From positions 5,580,001 through 5,644,000 of the forward strand of contig OZ024740.1 of the NCBI GenBank assembly GCA_964016885.1: a DNA stretch of 64,000 nt. The letters run 5' to 3'. Under the pieces are notes generated by a model, which saw nothing but the letters and a program-made list of their open reading frames with translations, had not been told where the DNA came from and did no database searches. Each line of letters starts with the position of its first letter. Within the stretch, counting starts at the first letter, position 1. The stretch is from Eledone cirrhosa (taxonomy: Eukaryota). This document shows positions 1 to 12,522 of this stretch, piece by piece. Both the position numbers and the translations under genes were made by a program.

Positions 1-104
1 TCAACATAACCATCGTCATCACCATCACCATTGACATCACCAATATTATCACCATTACCATTTAATATACATATGTATACAGTATTTATATGTATACATA
101 CATA

Positions 105-1303
105 CTGTCAGCAGCGATTTGTGTTGAACAAAGCACATCTCTAAAATTGTCAAGAGGGCTGAGGGTGTCTTAGCATCACTCAGCAAGACCTTTGTCAGCC
201 GCTTTCCAGCTATCTATTTAAAGCTGTACATGGCTATGGTGCGGCCACACTTAGAATTTGCATCACCAGTCTGGAACCCCTATCTTGCTCAGAACATTGA
301 CCTCCTGGAAACTGTTTAGAGACGTGCAACCAAGCGAATACCCTCCATCAGGCATCTACCATACTCTGAACGCCTTGCTTCCCTGGGCATGGATACATTG
401 AAGCTCTGACTTCTGGCAACTGACTTGGTAAACACCCAAAAAATTGTTAACCATCTTGCCAACAACAACCCTAAATACCTTTTTGATTTCCATGTGTCTA
501 ACACACGTGGACATGCTTACAAAGTCAGAAAACAGCACAGCTCCCATGACTTTCGGAAACATTTTTTCACACTCAGAGTTGCTGAAGCATGGAACAAACT
601 ACCTGCATCAGTTGTTAGCTGTCGAGACACTGCATCCTTTAAAACCTCTATGGAACAAACCACCTGCATCAGTTGTTAGCTGTTGAGACACTGCATCCTT
701 TAAAACCTCCATAGAACAAACTACCTGCATCAGTTGTTAGCTGTCGAGACACTGCATCCTTTAAAACCTCCATGGAACAAACTACCTGCATCAGTTATTA
801 ACTGTCGAAACACTGCATCCTTTAAAACCTCCATGGAACAAACTACCTGCATCCTTTAAAACCTCCATAGAACAAACTACCTGCATCAGTTGTTAGCTGT
901 CGAGACACTGCATCCTTTAAAACCTCCATGGAACAAACTACCTGCATCAGTTATTAACTGTCGAAACACTGCATCCTTTAAAACCTCCATGGAACAAACT
1001 ACCTGCATCAGTTGTTAGCTGTTGAGACACTGCATCCTTTAAAACCTCCATGGAACAAACTACCTGCATCAGTTATTAGCCGACGAGACACTGCATCCTT
1101 TAAAACCTCCATGTTTCCTGAAATCTGCCAACACTATACCTGATATCCCCCTCCATACACACGCACACATGCATATCATGACTCATACACTGTTCACTTC
1201 CCTGACACTTGTACATTATTCTATGTACTATACATGTACCTGTGGTGAGTTGTAGTGTACCTGAGCACTGTACACAACAATTTCCTTATTATCATTGTTA
1301 TTT
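105..1303 (+). mobile_element. CR1-clade LINE, 3' fragment (RT C-terminus plus 3' UTR), degenerate
   Basis: Encodes VRPHLEFASPVWNP and RGHAYKVRKQHSSHDFRKHFFTLRVAEAWNKLP, a typical CR1 ORF2 end, with in-frame stops. Near-identical to copies at 37630-40458 and 48107-50210. Ends in an ATT-rich tail. Confidence 0.9.
588..1113 (+). repeat. 61-bp tandem repeat (about 8-9 units) expanded inside the CR1 3' end
   Basis: Unit atggaacaaactacctgcatcagttgttagctgtcgagacactgcatcctttaaaacctcc, with starts at 589 and 650. One shortened unit near 830-870. The segment is single-copy in the other two CR1 copies. Confidence 0.95.
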
Positions 1304-1570
1304 ATACATACATACGTATATATGTATTAATTTATAACTCTATAAAGTTAACTGTCTCTAACATGTAAACATCTCAATGAAAGGATAAGATAAATTCTTC
1401 TAATATTGGTTGTTCCAATGTCTTGGATTCCCTGATGTTGTATCTTGAGTTCCAGAAACCATGCTTCGGGTCTTAAATAAGTTAAAGCCAACCTTTTTTT
1501 TTTTAGCCAATTCAGTTTGTATCCCCCCAAAATGATATTTTTGCTTAAATTTAATATATCTTGTATATAT

Positions 1571-1697
1571 CATCATCAACATCATCATCATTGTTTAATG
1601 TCTATCTTCCACGCTGGCATGGGTTTAGACGGGAATTGTCCCACTTGAGGCAAGATTGGTCAGGAGACCATGTCTCGCTTGTATAGGACTGTGTCTC
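1571..1697 (-). mobile_element. RTE-type 3' tail fragment
   Basis: Reverse complement of the aaacccatgctagcgtggaagatagacgttaaac(gat)n tail seen at about 30480-30523. Confidence 0.8.
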
Positions 1698-1701
1698 TCT
1701 C

Positions 1702-2059
1702 TATATATATGAATGTATATATAGTGTATTTTGCAATACACTGTATGCTTAATTAAAAGCATTTTGAAGACCATGTTTTAAAGTAGCGCCATTGTCGCTT
1801 ACTTAAATTTTAGGCAGACAAGGGGAGATAAGTTGACAGCGCTGTTTCGTACTAATTGGCAGATGGGGGAGAGTACTGAGTTTTGACAAGTACCAATTAG
1901 TACGAAACAGCGCTGTCAACTTATCTCCCCTTGTCTGCCGAAAATTTAAGTAAGCGACAATGTCGCTACTTTAAAACAATAGCGTATGGTCTTCAAAATG
2001 CTTTTAATTAAGCATACAGTGTATTGCAAAATACACTATATATACATTCATATATATAT
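1702..2059. mobile_element. Palindromic (TA)n-flanked element, probable Penelope-like inverted terminal-repeat remnant
   Basis: Arms about 1702-1859 and 1893-2059 are near-perfect reverse complements. A hammerhead motif overlaps the right arm. Confidence 0.7.
1878..1922 (+). ncRNA. Minimal type I hammerhead ribozyme motif, U3-A8 core variant
   Basis: gagtt-TTGACAA-gtac(caatta)gtac-GAAAC-agcgct-GTC-aactt. Stem I gagtt/aactt, stem II gtac/gtac, palindromic stem III acagcgctgt, GUC triplet. Confidence 0.7.
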
Positions 2060-2062
2060 CGC

Positions 2063-2078
2063 TATTTCAGAGCACCAA

Positions 2079-2168
<90 letters not shown>

Positions 2169-2184
2169 TTGGTGCTCTGAAATA
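2063..2184. repeat. Palindrome of about 122 bp: 22-bp inverted arms around (TA)n
   Basis: tatttcagagcaccaattctaa-(TA)n-ttagaattggtgctctgaaata. Confidence 0.9.
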
Positions 2185-2289
2185 CTTTATCGTATATTGC
2201 TCTGATTGTTGATTATTTAATTAATTAATTCGTCATTAAGCCACATCGTGAATGGTCGCCAAAAACACACATATATATATATATATCCA

Positions 2290-2885
2290 TGACTTTGTCT
2301 AGTTTATGTATATGTAAATCTTTATATTTGATAATCTCCCATATGGTTGAGATGCAATTTAGGCAGTATTAGGCTGCGGTTTCTAGCAAACAGCCCACTC
2401 GCCATAAGGCACTAATTACATCCTTTCTGACTTGACCACTAGCTACGTCACAGTTCTTAGCCATTTTGAATTCGTTTCTGGCAGGGATCATTTCAGAAAA
2501 ATCTTCGTCCAATTGAGTTTGTTTCCTGATGATTTCGAAACTCGTGAATTTATCCTTGATCGGATATTTCCAAAAAGCGAATGAAACCTCATGGGTTACA
2601 AACATAATTTTGGTATGCTTATACACATTTTTTCTTCTAACTTTGATTTTGTACCTAATTGTGTATGGTTGACGATATATCTAATCGATGTCCACGTGCT
2701 ATTAGAAATGTTGGGTAAATATTCTATGACTGTTGATCGCGGATAGATAGCTATCGTCTATTTATCTATTGTTTCTTCATAGGTGCCTTTTAATCTTATA
2801 GCCCTGTTTAATTGGTTTTTTGTGTGGTTGATTATGCTGATTGGGAGAGGAAATAATGTATATATTTTATCAAATGATTCTATGG
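2290..2885 (-). pseudogene. Possible degenerate Penelope-like ORF fragment (thumb/linker toward GIY-YIG)
   Basis: Manual minus-strand translation gives FPLPISIINH..TVIEYLPNISN..IRYI..(frameshift)..YPIKDK..GCLLETAA*YCLNC. This loosely fits the PLE linker pattern and lies next to the hammerhead palindrome. Weak evidence. Confidence 0.3.
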
Positions 2886-2933
2886 ACATACTTTATCGTA
2901 TATATATATTTATACATATATATACATATATAT

Positions 2934-5018
2934 AAATGAGGAGAATAAATGGGAGAAAGACAGTCTCCCCCACATCGATCCAATAGAGGGACCAGCAGTG
3001 CTAGTTGAAGGTAGTATAATAAGTAAGGCAATCAAAGATATGAAGACGGGTAAGGCGGCTGGGGGTTCGGAAATAGTTGCTGAAATGCTGAGTGCATCTG
3101 GAACGGTGGGACACACTATGGTCACCCGGATAGTAAACCAAGTCATACAGAATGGGGTTGTTCCGAAGGACTGGCGTAGCAGCAGCATCATTAACTGCTA
3201 CAAGGGTAAAGGAGATGCCCTAGATATGGGTAACTATAGAGGTATTAAATTAATCGACCAGGTCATGAAGGTCACAGAAAAAGTAATAGCGCAACTAATA
3301 AGAGAGCGATTTGATCTAGATGAAATGCAGTTAGGGTTTGTGTCAGGTAAAAGTACCACAGACGTTCTTTTCATTGTACGACAACTACAGGAGAAGTACC
3401 TAGCTAAAAGTAAACCCCTATACCTAACTTTTGTCGACTTGGAGAAAGCCTTTGACAGAGTCCCCCGTTCCATTATCTGGTGGGCTCTTAGAAAACTAGG
3501 TGTAGATGAATGGCTTGTGAGAGCTATACGAGCCATGTATAAAGAAACAGTCAGCAAGGTTAGAATTAACAATGAATATTGTGAAGAATTTAGTGTAAAA
3601 GTTGGTGTTCATCAGGGCTCCGTCCTTAGCCCCCTCCTATTTATTATTCCCTTCAGGCTATAACAGAGGAGTTGAAGACCGGCTGCCCATGAGAACTCCT
3701 ATACGCAGATGATCTAACGCTCATAACTGAATCAATGGCCGAACTAGAGAAGAAATTCCAAATATGGAAGCATGGCCTAGAAACAAAAGGCCTTAAAATT
3801 AACCTGTCTAAGACTAAAGTTCTAGTTTGTAGGAAGGAAAATAGGGCACCGGTCCCATCCAGGAAATGGCCATGCTCAGTGTGTAGGAAAGGAGTAGGCA
3901 GAAACTCCATTTTATGTCCCAAATGCAAAGTATGGGTGCATAAAAGATGTAGTGGGATCACAGGTAAGCTAACTAAGAATATAGATTTTATATGTGGCCG
4001 GTGCTCTGGTGCAATAAGTAGCAGCAAGTGCCCACAGAATATTAGCTCATTCCATTGCACAGATGGTTCTATAGAAATAGAGGACACCTTCCGTTACTTG
4101 GGTGACAAAATCAGCAGTGGTGGAGGGTGCTCTGAAAGTACAGTAGCTAGAGTCAGAACTGGATGGAAAAAGTTCAGAGAGCTTATACCACTATTAGCCG
4201 CTAAAGGGTTCTCACTAAAATTGAAATGCAGGCTGTATGATGCCTGCATACGAACAGCAATGTTACATGGGCAGTGAGACTTGGGCATTGTGTGCAGAGG
4301 ATATACGCAGACTGGAGAGGAACGAAGCTTGCATGCTCCGCTGGATGTGTAATAGTAATATACATGAACGGCAAAGAATAAACGAACTAAGGGAAAAATT
4401 AGAAATAAGAGGGATCAGATGTTGTTTACTCGAGAGAAGACTACGTTGGTACGGTCACGTGATGCGCATGAAAGACGACAGCTGTATAAAAAAGTGCAGG
4501 GCAATAAAAAATAGACGGTAGCCACGGAGTAGGCAGACCCAGGAAAACCTGGGACGACTTGCTAAATTCCGACCTCACACACTTACACCTCTCCAAGACA
4601 ATGTCACTGGACCGAGATCTTTGGCGCTACACAGTAATACAGAAGACTCGCCTTGCCTAAGTACAAAGTGAAACCTACAGTCAGTAGGCACCCCTAACAA
4701 AATACATCCCAGTCCCACTACCCCCACCCCATCTACACCACTCCCTTAAATGTGAAGTTATGTTGGTACCACAACATCCAGTCCGAAACAAATGAGGTCG
4801 TGTAGGTGTCACGACAAAAAAACACACAGTCCACGCTGTAATGTGGCCGTGTAGGTAACACGGTAAAAACCTCCCAGTCCACACTGTAAACGTAGTTGGT
4901 GTTAGGAAGGGCATCCAGCCGTAGAAAACCCGCCAGACAGTCCTATACGAGCAAGACAACCAATCTTGCCTCAAAATGTCCACCAAACCCATGCTAGCGT
5001 GGAAGATGGACGTTAAAC

Positions 5019-5050
<32 letters not shown>
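2934..5050 (+). mobile_element. RTE-clade LINE family A, 5'-truncated and frameshifted
   Basis: RT motifs NYRGIKL, FVDLEKAFDRVP, GVHQGSVLSPLLF, LLYADDL, FRYLG, RRLRWYGHVMR. 3' UTR ends ggacgttaaac(gat)n. TA-rich tracts on both sides. Confidence 0.95.
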
Positions 5051-5051
<1 letters not shown>

Positions 5052-5064
5052 ATATATATATATA

Positions 5065-5299
5065 TCATCATCGTTTAACGTCCATCTTCCACGCTTGCAT
5101 GTGTTTGGACCGGAGGTTTCTCACTTGAGGCAAGATTTGTTGTCCTGCTCTTATAGGATTGTCTGGCGGGTTTTCTACGGCTGGATGCCCTTCCTAACAC
5201 CAACCACGTTTACAGTGTGGACTGGTTTTTACCGTGTTACCGTGTTTTTTGTTGTGACACCTACACGGCCTCATTTGTTTCGGACTGGATGTTGTGGTA
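5065..5299 (-). mobile_element. RTE family A 3' UTR-only fragment, tail-to-tail with the preceding copy
   Basis: Reverse complement of about 4765-5025, flanked by (TA)n. Confidence 0.9.
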
Positions 5300-5324
5300 A
5301 TATATATATATATATGTACATGTA

Positions 5325-7798
5325 TCATCATCATCATCATCACCGTTTTACGTCCGTTCTTCCACGCTAGCATGGGTTAGACGGGTTGTCCTGTTGTGGG
5401 CAGTGTCTGGTCGGCTGACCATGCCTTGCTCATACAGGAACTGATCTGGCTTGATTTCTACAGCTGGATGCTCTTCCTAACACCAACCTCATTTACAGTG
5501 AGTGCTGGGTGCTTTTTCGTGGCGCCTACACGTCCACTTTACAGTGTGGGCTGGGTGCTTTTTTGCCGTGGCACCTCCACGGCCACCTTGCGGTGGGGGG
5601 GGGGGGGGCATATTGTTTATATGCTTCAGCATGTACCCATGGGAGGTCGGGTACCCTGTATTACTGCGTGACGCCAGAAGTCACGGTCGTGTGTCATTGA
5701 CTTTGAGAGGTGTAGTTGGGTAAGGTCGGCTTTTATCACCTCATCCCAAGTCATCTTGGGTCTCCCCACTCCGCGGTTTCCATCAACTTCTAGTGCTCTG
5801 CACCTTTTTATGCAGCTGTCATCCTTCATACGCATCACATGTCCATACCAGCGTAACCGCCTCTCCTGCACGCAGCATTTGATTCCTCTTATGCTCAGTC
5901 TCTCTCTCAATTCCTTTATGCTTTGTCGTTCACGTATATTACTGTTACACATCCATCGGAGCATGCAGGCTTCGTTTCTCTCTAATCTATGTAAGTCTTC
6001 CACCTTCAGCGCCCAGGTCTCACTACCATGCAACATCGCTGTTCGGATACACGCATCATACAGTCTGCCTTTCATTCTGAGGGAGAAGCCTTTTGCAGCT
6101 AGCAGTGGTAGTAGTTCCCTAAACTTCTTCCATCCCGTTCTTACCCTAGTTATTGTACTTTCTGAGCACCCACCTCCGTTGCTAATTCGGTCACCTAGGT
6201 AGCAGAAGCTGTCTACTGTTTCTACAGGGCCCTCCCAGAGATTGGTGGTACTTGTTTCCTGTGGCTGTTTGCTTGCTGTTTCAGCACAGCTGCTGCATGT
6301 GAATCCTACATTCTTAATTAAGCTTCCTGAGATCCCGCTACATCTCTTGTGTACCCATTGTTTGCATTTGGGGCAGAGAATGGAGTTCCTACCTACACCT
6401 TTCCTACATACTGAGCAAGGCCATTTCCCTGAGGGGATCTGGGTTCTGTTTTCTCATCTACTTATAAGGACCTTAGTCTTTGTCATGTTGACTTTGAGGC
6501 CCTTTCTCTCTAGTCCCTGCTTCCAGGTTTGGAATTTATTCTCTAGTTCTACCATAGATTCAGCTATGAGTGCGAGGTCATCAGCATACAGGAGTTCCCA
6601 TGGGCATCCGGTCTTAAACTCCTCCGTTATTGCCTGCAGGACTATGATGAACAGGAGAGGGCTAAGAACAGAGCCCTGGTGGACCCCAACCTGTACGCTA
6701 AATTCCTCGCTATACTCATTGCCAATCCTAACTTTGCTGACTGCTCCCCTATACATGGCTTGTACCACTTTCACAAGCCATTCATCTACTCCTAGTTTTC
6801 TAAGAGCCCACCAGATTACTGCACGTGGAACTCTGTCAAAGGCTTTCTCAAGGTCGACAAATGCCAAGTAGAGTGGCTTACTTTTAGCTAGGTACATTTC
6901 CTGTAATTGCCTCACAAGGAAGAGGGCATCAGTGGTGCCTTTCCCTGGTACAAACCCAAATTGCATCTCGTCTATATTCACCCGGTCCCTAATCAGCTGT
7001 GCTATAACTCTTTCTGTTACTTTCATGACCTGGTCCATCAACTTTATACCTCTATAGTTTCCTCTATCTAGTGCATCGCCTTTACCTTTGTAGCAGTTGA
7101 CAATGATGCTACTGCACCAATCTTTTGGTATGGCCCCCTCTAGTATTACCTGGTTAACGATACGTGTGGTTATAGTGTGACCTACAGACCCAGATGCCTT
7201 CAGCATCTCGGCAGCTATACCCGATGGACCGGTTGCCTTCCCTATCTTCATATCTCTGATTGCCTTACTTACTACGCTGCCGCTGACTTGTACTGCTGGT
7301 CCCTCTATAGGGTCTACGTGGGGTAGGGTCTCTTCTTCCCATGCATTCTCCTCATTTAGTAATCTATCATAATGACTCTTCCATGCATCTTTCTTCTCAG
7401 CACTTGTGAGGGCAAGCTCACCTTTATCATTCCGGATACACTTCTCTCCAATGACATCACAACTATCTCTGACACACTGCCTCGCAATCTTGAATACCTC
7501 CTGTTTCTGGTCCTCACGTTGTAAAACATGCTTGAATTTTCTATCCTCTGCTTCCCTCCTAGCTAAGTATACTTGTCGCCTAGCTTCCCCCTTGGTCTCT
7601 ATGTAATGTACCCTGCTCCCCCCGTTCTTCCATTCTTTCCATGCCTGTCTCTTGGCCTTGACTGCTTCATCTACCTTATTGTTCCACCACCAAGTCACTC
7701 TCCTCCTGCTTGAGGTCTTACTCCAGCCACAAACCTCATCCGTCGCCTCTAGTAAGTTATTTTTTAGGAACTCCCAGTTCTCTTCTACGTTAAATTTG
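5325..7798 (-). mobile_element. RTE-clade LINE family B, 5'-truncated
   Basis: ORFs 6454-7698 (RT with intact WELLYADDL) and 5626-6075. PHD-like Cys/His block at about 6290-6425. (GAT)n tail at 5325-5342. Confidence 0.95.
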
Positions 7799-7949
7799 AG
7801 TTATAACGTATATATTTATATATTTATATATTTATATATTTATATAAACACATATATATCTATACATACAAATATACACACATACATACATATAATAACT
7901 ACATATATACATGTATGGATATAGAAACATATAACTCAAAACATCCACA

Positions 7950-10666
7950 CAAATAATAACACCCATACCTAGACACACCAACATATACAGACACACATAC
8001 AATAACACCCATACCTACACACACCAACATATACAGACATACATACAATAACACCCATACATACACACACCAACATATACAGACACATACAATAACACCC
8101 ATACATACACACACCAACATATACAGACACATACAATAACACCCATACATACACACACCAACATATACAGACACATACAATAACACCCATACATACACAC
8201 ACCAACATATACAGACACATACAATAACACCCATACATACACACACCAACATATACAGACACACATACAATAACACCCATACATACACACACCAACATAT
8301 ACAGACACATACAATAACACCCATACATACACACACCAACATATACAGACACATACAATAACACCCATACATACACACACCAACATATACAGACACACAT
8401 ACAATAACACCCATACATACACACACCAACATATACAGACACATACAATAACACCCATACATACACACACCAACATATACAGACACATACAATAACACCC
8501 ATACATACACACACCAACATATACAGACACATACAATAACACCCATACATACACACACCAACATATACAGACACATACAATAACACCCATACATACACAC
8601 ACCAACATATACAGACACATACAATAACACCCATACATACACACACCAACATATACAGACACATACAATAACACCCATACATACACACACCAACATATAC
8701 AGACACATACAATAACACCCATACATACACACACCAACATATACAGACACATACAATAACACCCATACATACACACACCAACATATACAGACACATACAA
8801 TAACACCCATACATACACACACCAACATATACAGACACATACAATAACACCCATACATACACACACCAACATATACAGACACATACAATAACACCCATAC
8901 ATACACACACCAACATATACAGACACATACAATAACACCCATACATACACACACCAACATATACAGACACATACAATAACACCCATACATACACACACCA
9001 ACATATACAGACACACATACAATAACACCCATACATACACACACCAACATATACAGACACATACAATAACACCCATACATACACACACCAACATATACAG
9101 ACACATACAATAACACCCATACATACACACACCAACATATACAGACACACATACAATAACACCCATACATACACACACCAACATATACAGACACATACAA
9201 TAACACCCATACATACACACACCAACATATACAGACACATACAATAACACCCATACATACACACACCAACATATACAGACACATACAATAACACCCATAC
9301 ATACACACACCAACATATACAGACACATACAATAACACCCATACATACACACACCAACATATACAGACACACATACAATAACACCCATACATACACACAC
9401 CAACATATACAGACACATACAATAACACCCATACATACACACACCAACATATACAGACACATACAATAACACCCATACATACACACACCAACATATACAG
9501 ACACACATACAATAACACCCATACATACACACACCAACATATACAGACACATACAATAACACCCATACATACACACACCAACATATACAGACACACATAC
9601 AATAACACCCATACATACACACACCAACATATACAGACACATACAATAACACCCATACATACACACACCAACATATACAGACACACATACAATAACACCC
9701 ATACATACACACACCAACATATACAGACACATACAATAACACCCATACATACACACACCAACATATACAGACACATACAATAACACCCATACATACACAC
9801 ACCAACATATACAGACACACATACAATAACACCCATACATACACACACCAACATATACAGACACACATACAATAACACCCATACATACACACACCAACAT
9901 ATACAGACACATACAATAACACCCATACATACACACACCAACATATACAGACACATACAATAACACCCATACATACACACACCAACATATACAGACACAC
10001 ATACAATAACACCCATACATACACACACCAACATATACAGACACATACAATAACACCCATACATACACACACCAACATATACAGACACACATACAATAAC
10101 ACCCATACATACACACACCAACATATACAGACACATACAATAACACCCATACATACACACACCAACATATACAGACACATACAATAACACCCATACATAC
10201 ACACACCAACATATACAGACACACATACAATAACACCCATACATACACACACCAACATATACAGACACATACAATAACACCCATACATACACACACCAAC
10301 ATATACAGACACACATACAATAACACCCATACATACACACACCAACATATACAGACACATACAATAACACCCATACATACACACACCAACATATACAGAC
10401 ACATACAATAACACCCATACATACACACACCAACATATACAGACACATACAATAACACCCATACATACACACACCAACATATACAGACACATACAATAAC
10501 ACCCATACATACACACACCAACATATACAGACACATACAATAACACCCATACATACACACACCAACATATACAGACACATACAATAACACCCATACATAC
10601 ACACACCAACATATACAGACACATACAATAACACCCATACATACACACACCAACATATACAGACAT
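7950..10666. repeat. 44/46-bp CA-rich minisatellite, about 60 highly homogeneous units
   Basis: Unit caataacacccatacatacacacaccaacatatacagacacata; variants differ by one extra CA. Confidence 0.97.
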
Positions 10667-10769
10667 ATGTATTTATCAAGTTAATGTTGTTTAAGTTCCA
10701 ATGAAAGAGTCTTGCTTATATGTTAGGAACTGGCTCTCTCTCTATTGGTAAAAATGTATAAAATAATTG

Positions 10770-10885
10770 TTTCTACTTTTGGCAAAAGGGCAGCAATTAT
10801 CCAGTACATTACTGGTACTTTATTTTATCGACCCCGTAAGGATGAAAGGCAAAGTTAACCTCGGCGGGATTTGAACTCAGAATGG
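10770..10885 (-). mobile_element. tRNA-derived SINE fragment
   Basis: Minus strand reads gagttcaaatccc (B-box) then gccgaggttaactttgcctttcatccttacggggtcgataaaataaagtaccagt. Homologous to 13850-13998. Confidence 0.75.
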
Positions 10886-10951
10886 CAAAGGCCATAACTC
10901 TATGCATCAAAGCATGGCGTCCGACCCTCTTAAAATAATAAAACCAGATGA

Positions 10952-11211
10952 ACATACATACATGCATACATACATAGACACATACATACATGCATACATA
11001 CATACATTCATAGACACATACATACATACATGCATACATGCATACATACATAGACACATAATACATACATACATACATAGACACATACATACATACATAC
11101 ATACATACATGCATACATATATACACACATGCATACATATATACATACATACACACATACATACATATATATACATACATACATACATGCATACATATAT
11201 ACATACATACA
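10952..11211. repeat. Imperfect (CATA)n microsatellite
   Basis: Direct reading. Confidence 0.95.
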
Positions 11212-11631
11212 CCAAGCCCTGAACATATCTTTCTTTTATGTTTCTAATAAAAACAACCCCAAAAAAATTCTGATTTCTTTAAGAAAATTTATAAATTCAC
11301 TACAGAGTTTTTGACATGGAAAAAATTTCCCTTCAAAATTATAATTTCAAAAAGAAAATTTCTATTTAGCAATAGAAAATTTAGAAGAAAAAGCAAATAT
11401 TCAAATACCCTTTTTACATAAAACTTCTTGACTCTTACCTTGGTTCTATGATATAAAACTGTTTCTTTTAAAATGGTTAATACAATATTTGTTAAGTCCT
11501 GTTCTAAACACCAGCTTGATAATGAGAAAGTTTTATTACTAAATACTTCCAAATTCTTGATTATTAAAAAAATAAATTGAAAATCTTAGGTAATGATTTT
11601 TGATTAAAATAAATGTTTTTCTTCAGTTTAC

Positions 11632-11894
11632 CACAAAACACCCAGCCCACACTGCAAAGTGGTCGTGTAGGTGTCACAACAAAAAGTACCCAGCCCAGAA
11701 GACACAGGAAAAAGCACCCAACACGCACTGTAAATGTTGTTGGTATTAGGAAGGGCATCTAGCCATAGAAAACCAGTCAGAAACAGTCCTATATGAGCAA
11801 GACATGGTCATTCAACCTGCTTCAAATGGGACAAACCCATCTAACCCATGCTAGCGTGGAAGATAGATGTTAAACGATGATGATGATGATGATG
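11632..11894 (+). mobile_element. RTE/SINE 3' module fragment with (GAT)n tail
   Basis: ttggtattaggaagggcatctagccatagaaaac ... aacccatgctagcgtggaagatagatgttaaac(gat)n. Confidence 0.85.
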
Positions 11895-12217
11895 TCAATC
11901 TCTTATTCTATGTAGAAAATATTCTAAAATTCTATTATTCTCTCTCAATTTTGCGTCCTCTTATGTAGCTTAACTAATTTGCTACAAATCCCTCCAAAAT
12001 TCCCTCTGGTTCTATGAGACAAATCCACTCATTTGAAAGGGTTTGTTTAAATTAAAATTTAAATTAAAACCTTCCAGCATAATTTTATAGAAGAAATATT
12101 TATTAAGTTATGTTACAAATACCATTTTGATAACAAAATAATAAATCCCTCAAAATTCTTCATTAATTTATTCAAATTTATTCCGAAAGTGAGCCATGAA
12201 GAATGTCCTCTCACAAG

Positions 12218-12522
12218 CAGGGTTGTCTATTAGACCTAGGAGGGGATGCCAAGCCACTTCAGGTTCAGGTTTGGAGGCCCCTCATATACAAAAAATTAGA
12301 ATACCCCCCACCCACCCCACCCCCAATTTTACATATCAAAGTTAGCTTGCCAAAAGTAATTGAAATTGAAAAGTTATACATACAGGTATTAAATTCAAAC
12401 ATTCTAACCATCGTAAAATTAAAAAGCCCAGCTGAGGGCACAAATAAATTGCTACGGCTGCCACCCCCACTGCAGGGGGCCCGAGGCAACTGCCTCCTTT
12501 GCCCCCATTAAATCCGGCCCTG
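12218..12522. mobile_element. Non-autonomous hAT (Tip100-like) MITE
   Basis: Termini caggg...ccggccctg. Imperfect 8-bp TSD ctcacaag (12210-12217) / ctcataaa (12523-12530). Confidence 0.65.

Noticed and set aside
1425-1475. Possible hammerhead ctgatgt..gaaaccatg
   Set aside because: A9 is missing, stems I and III pair poorly and there is no clear NUH site; at most a decayed remnant
7899-10679. Three Cys/Val/Tyr-rich ORFs of about 900 aa
   Set aside because: All three minus frames are open because the 44/46-bp unit lacks stops. The 2-bp unit variants shift frame freely, so there is no coding constraint.
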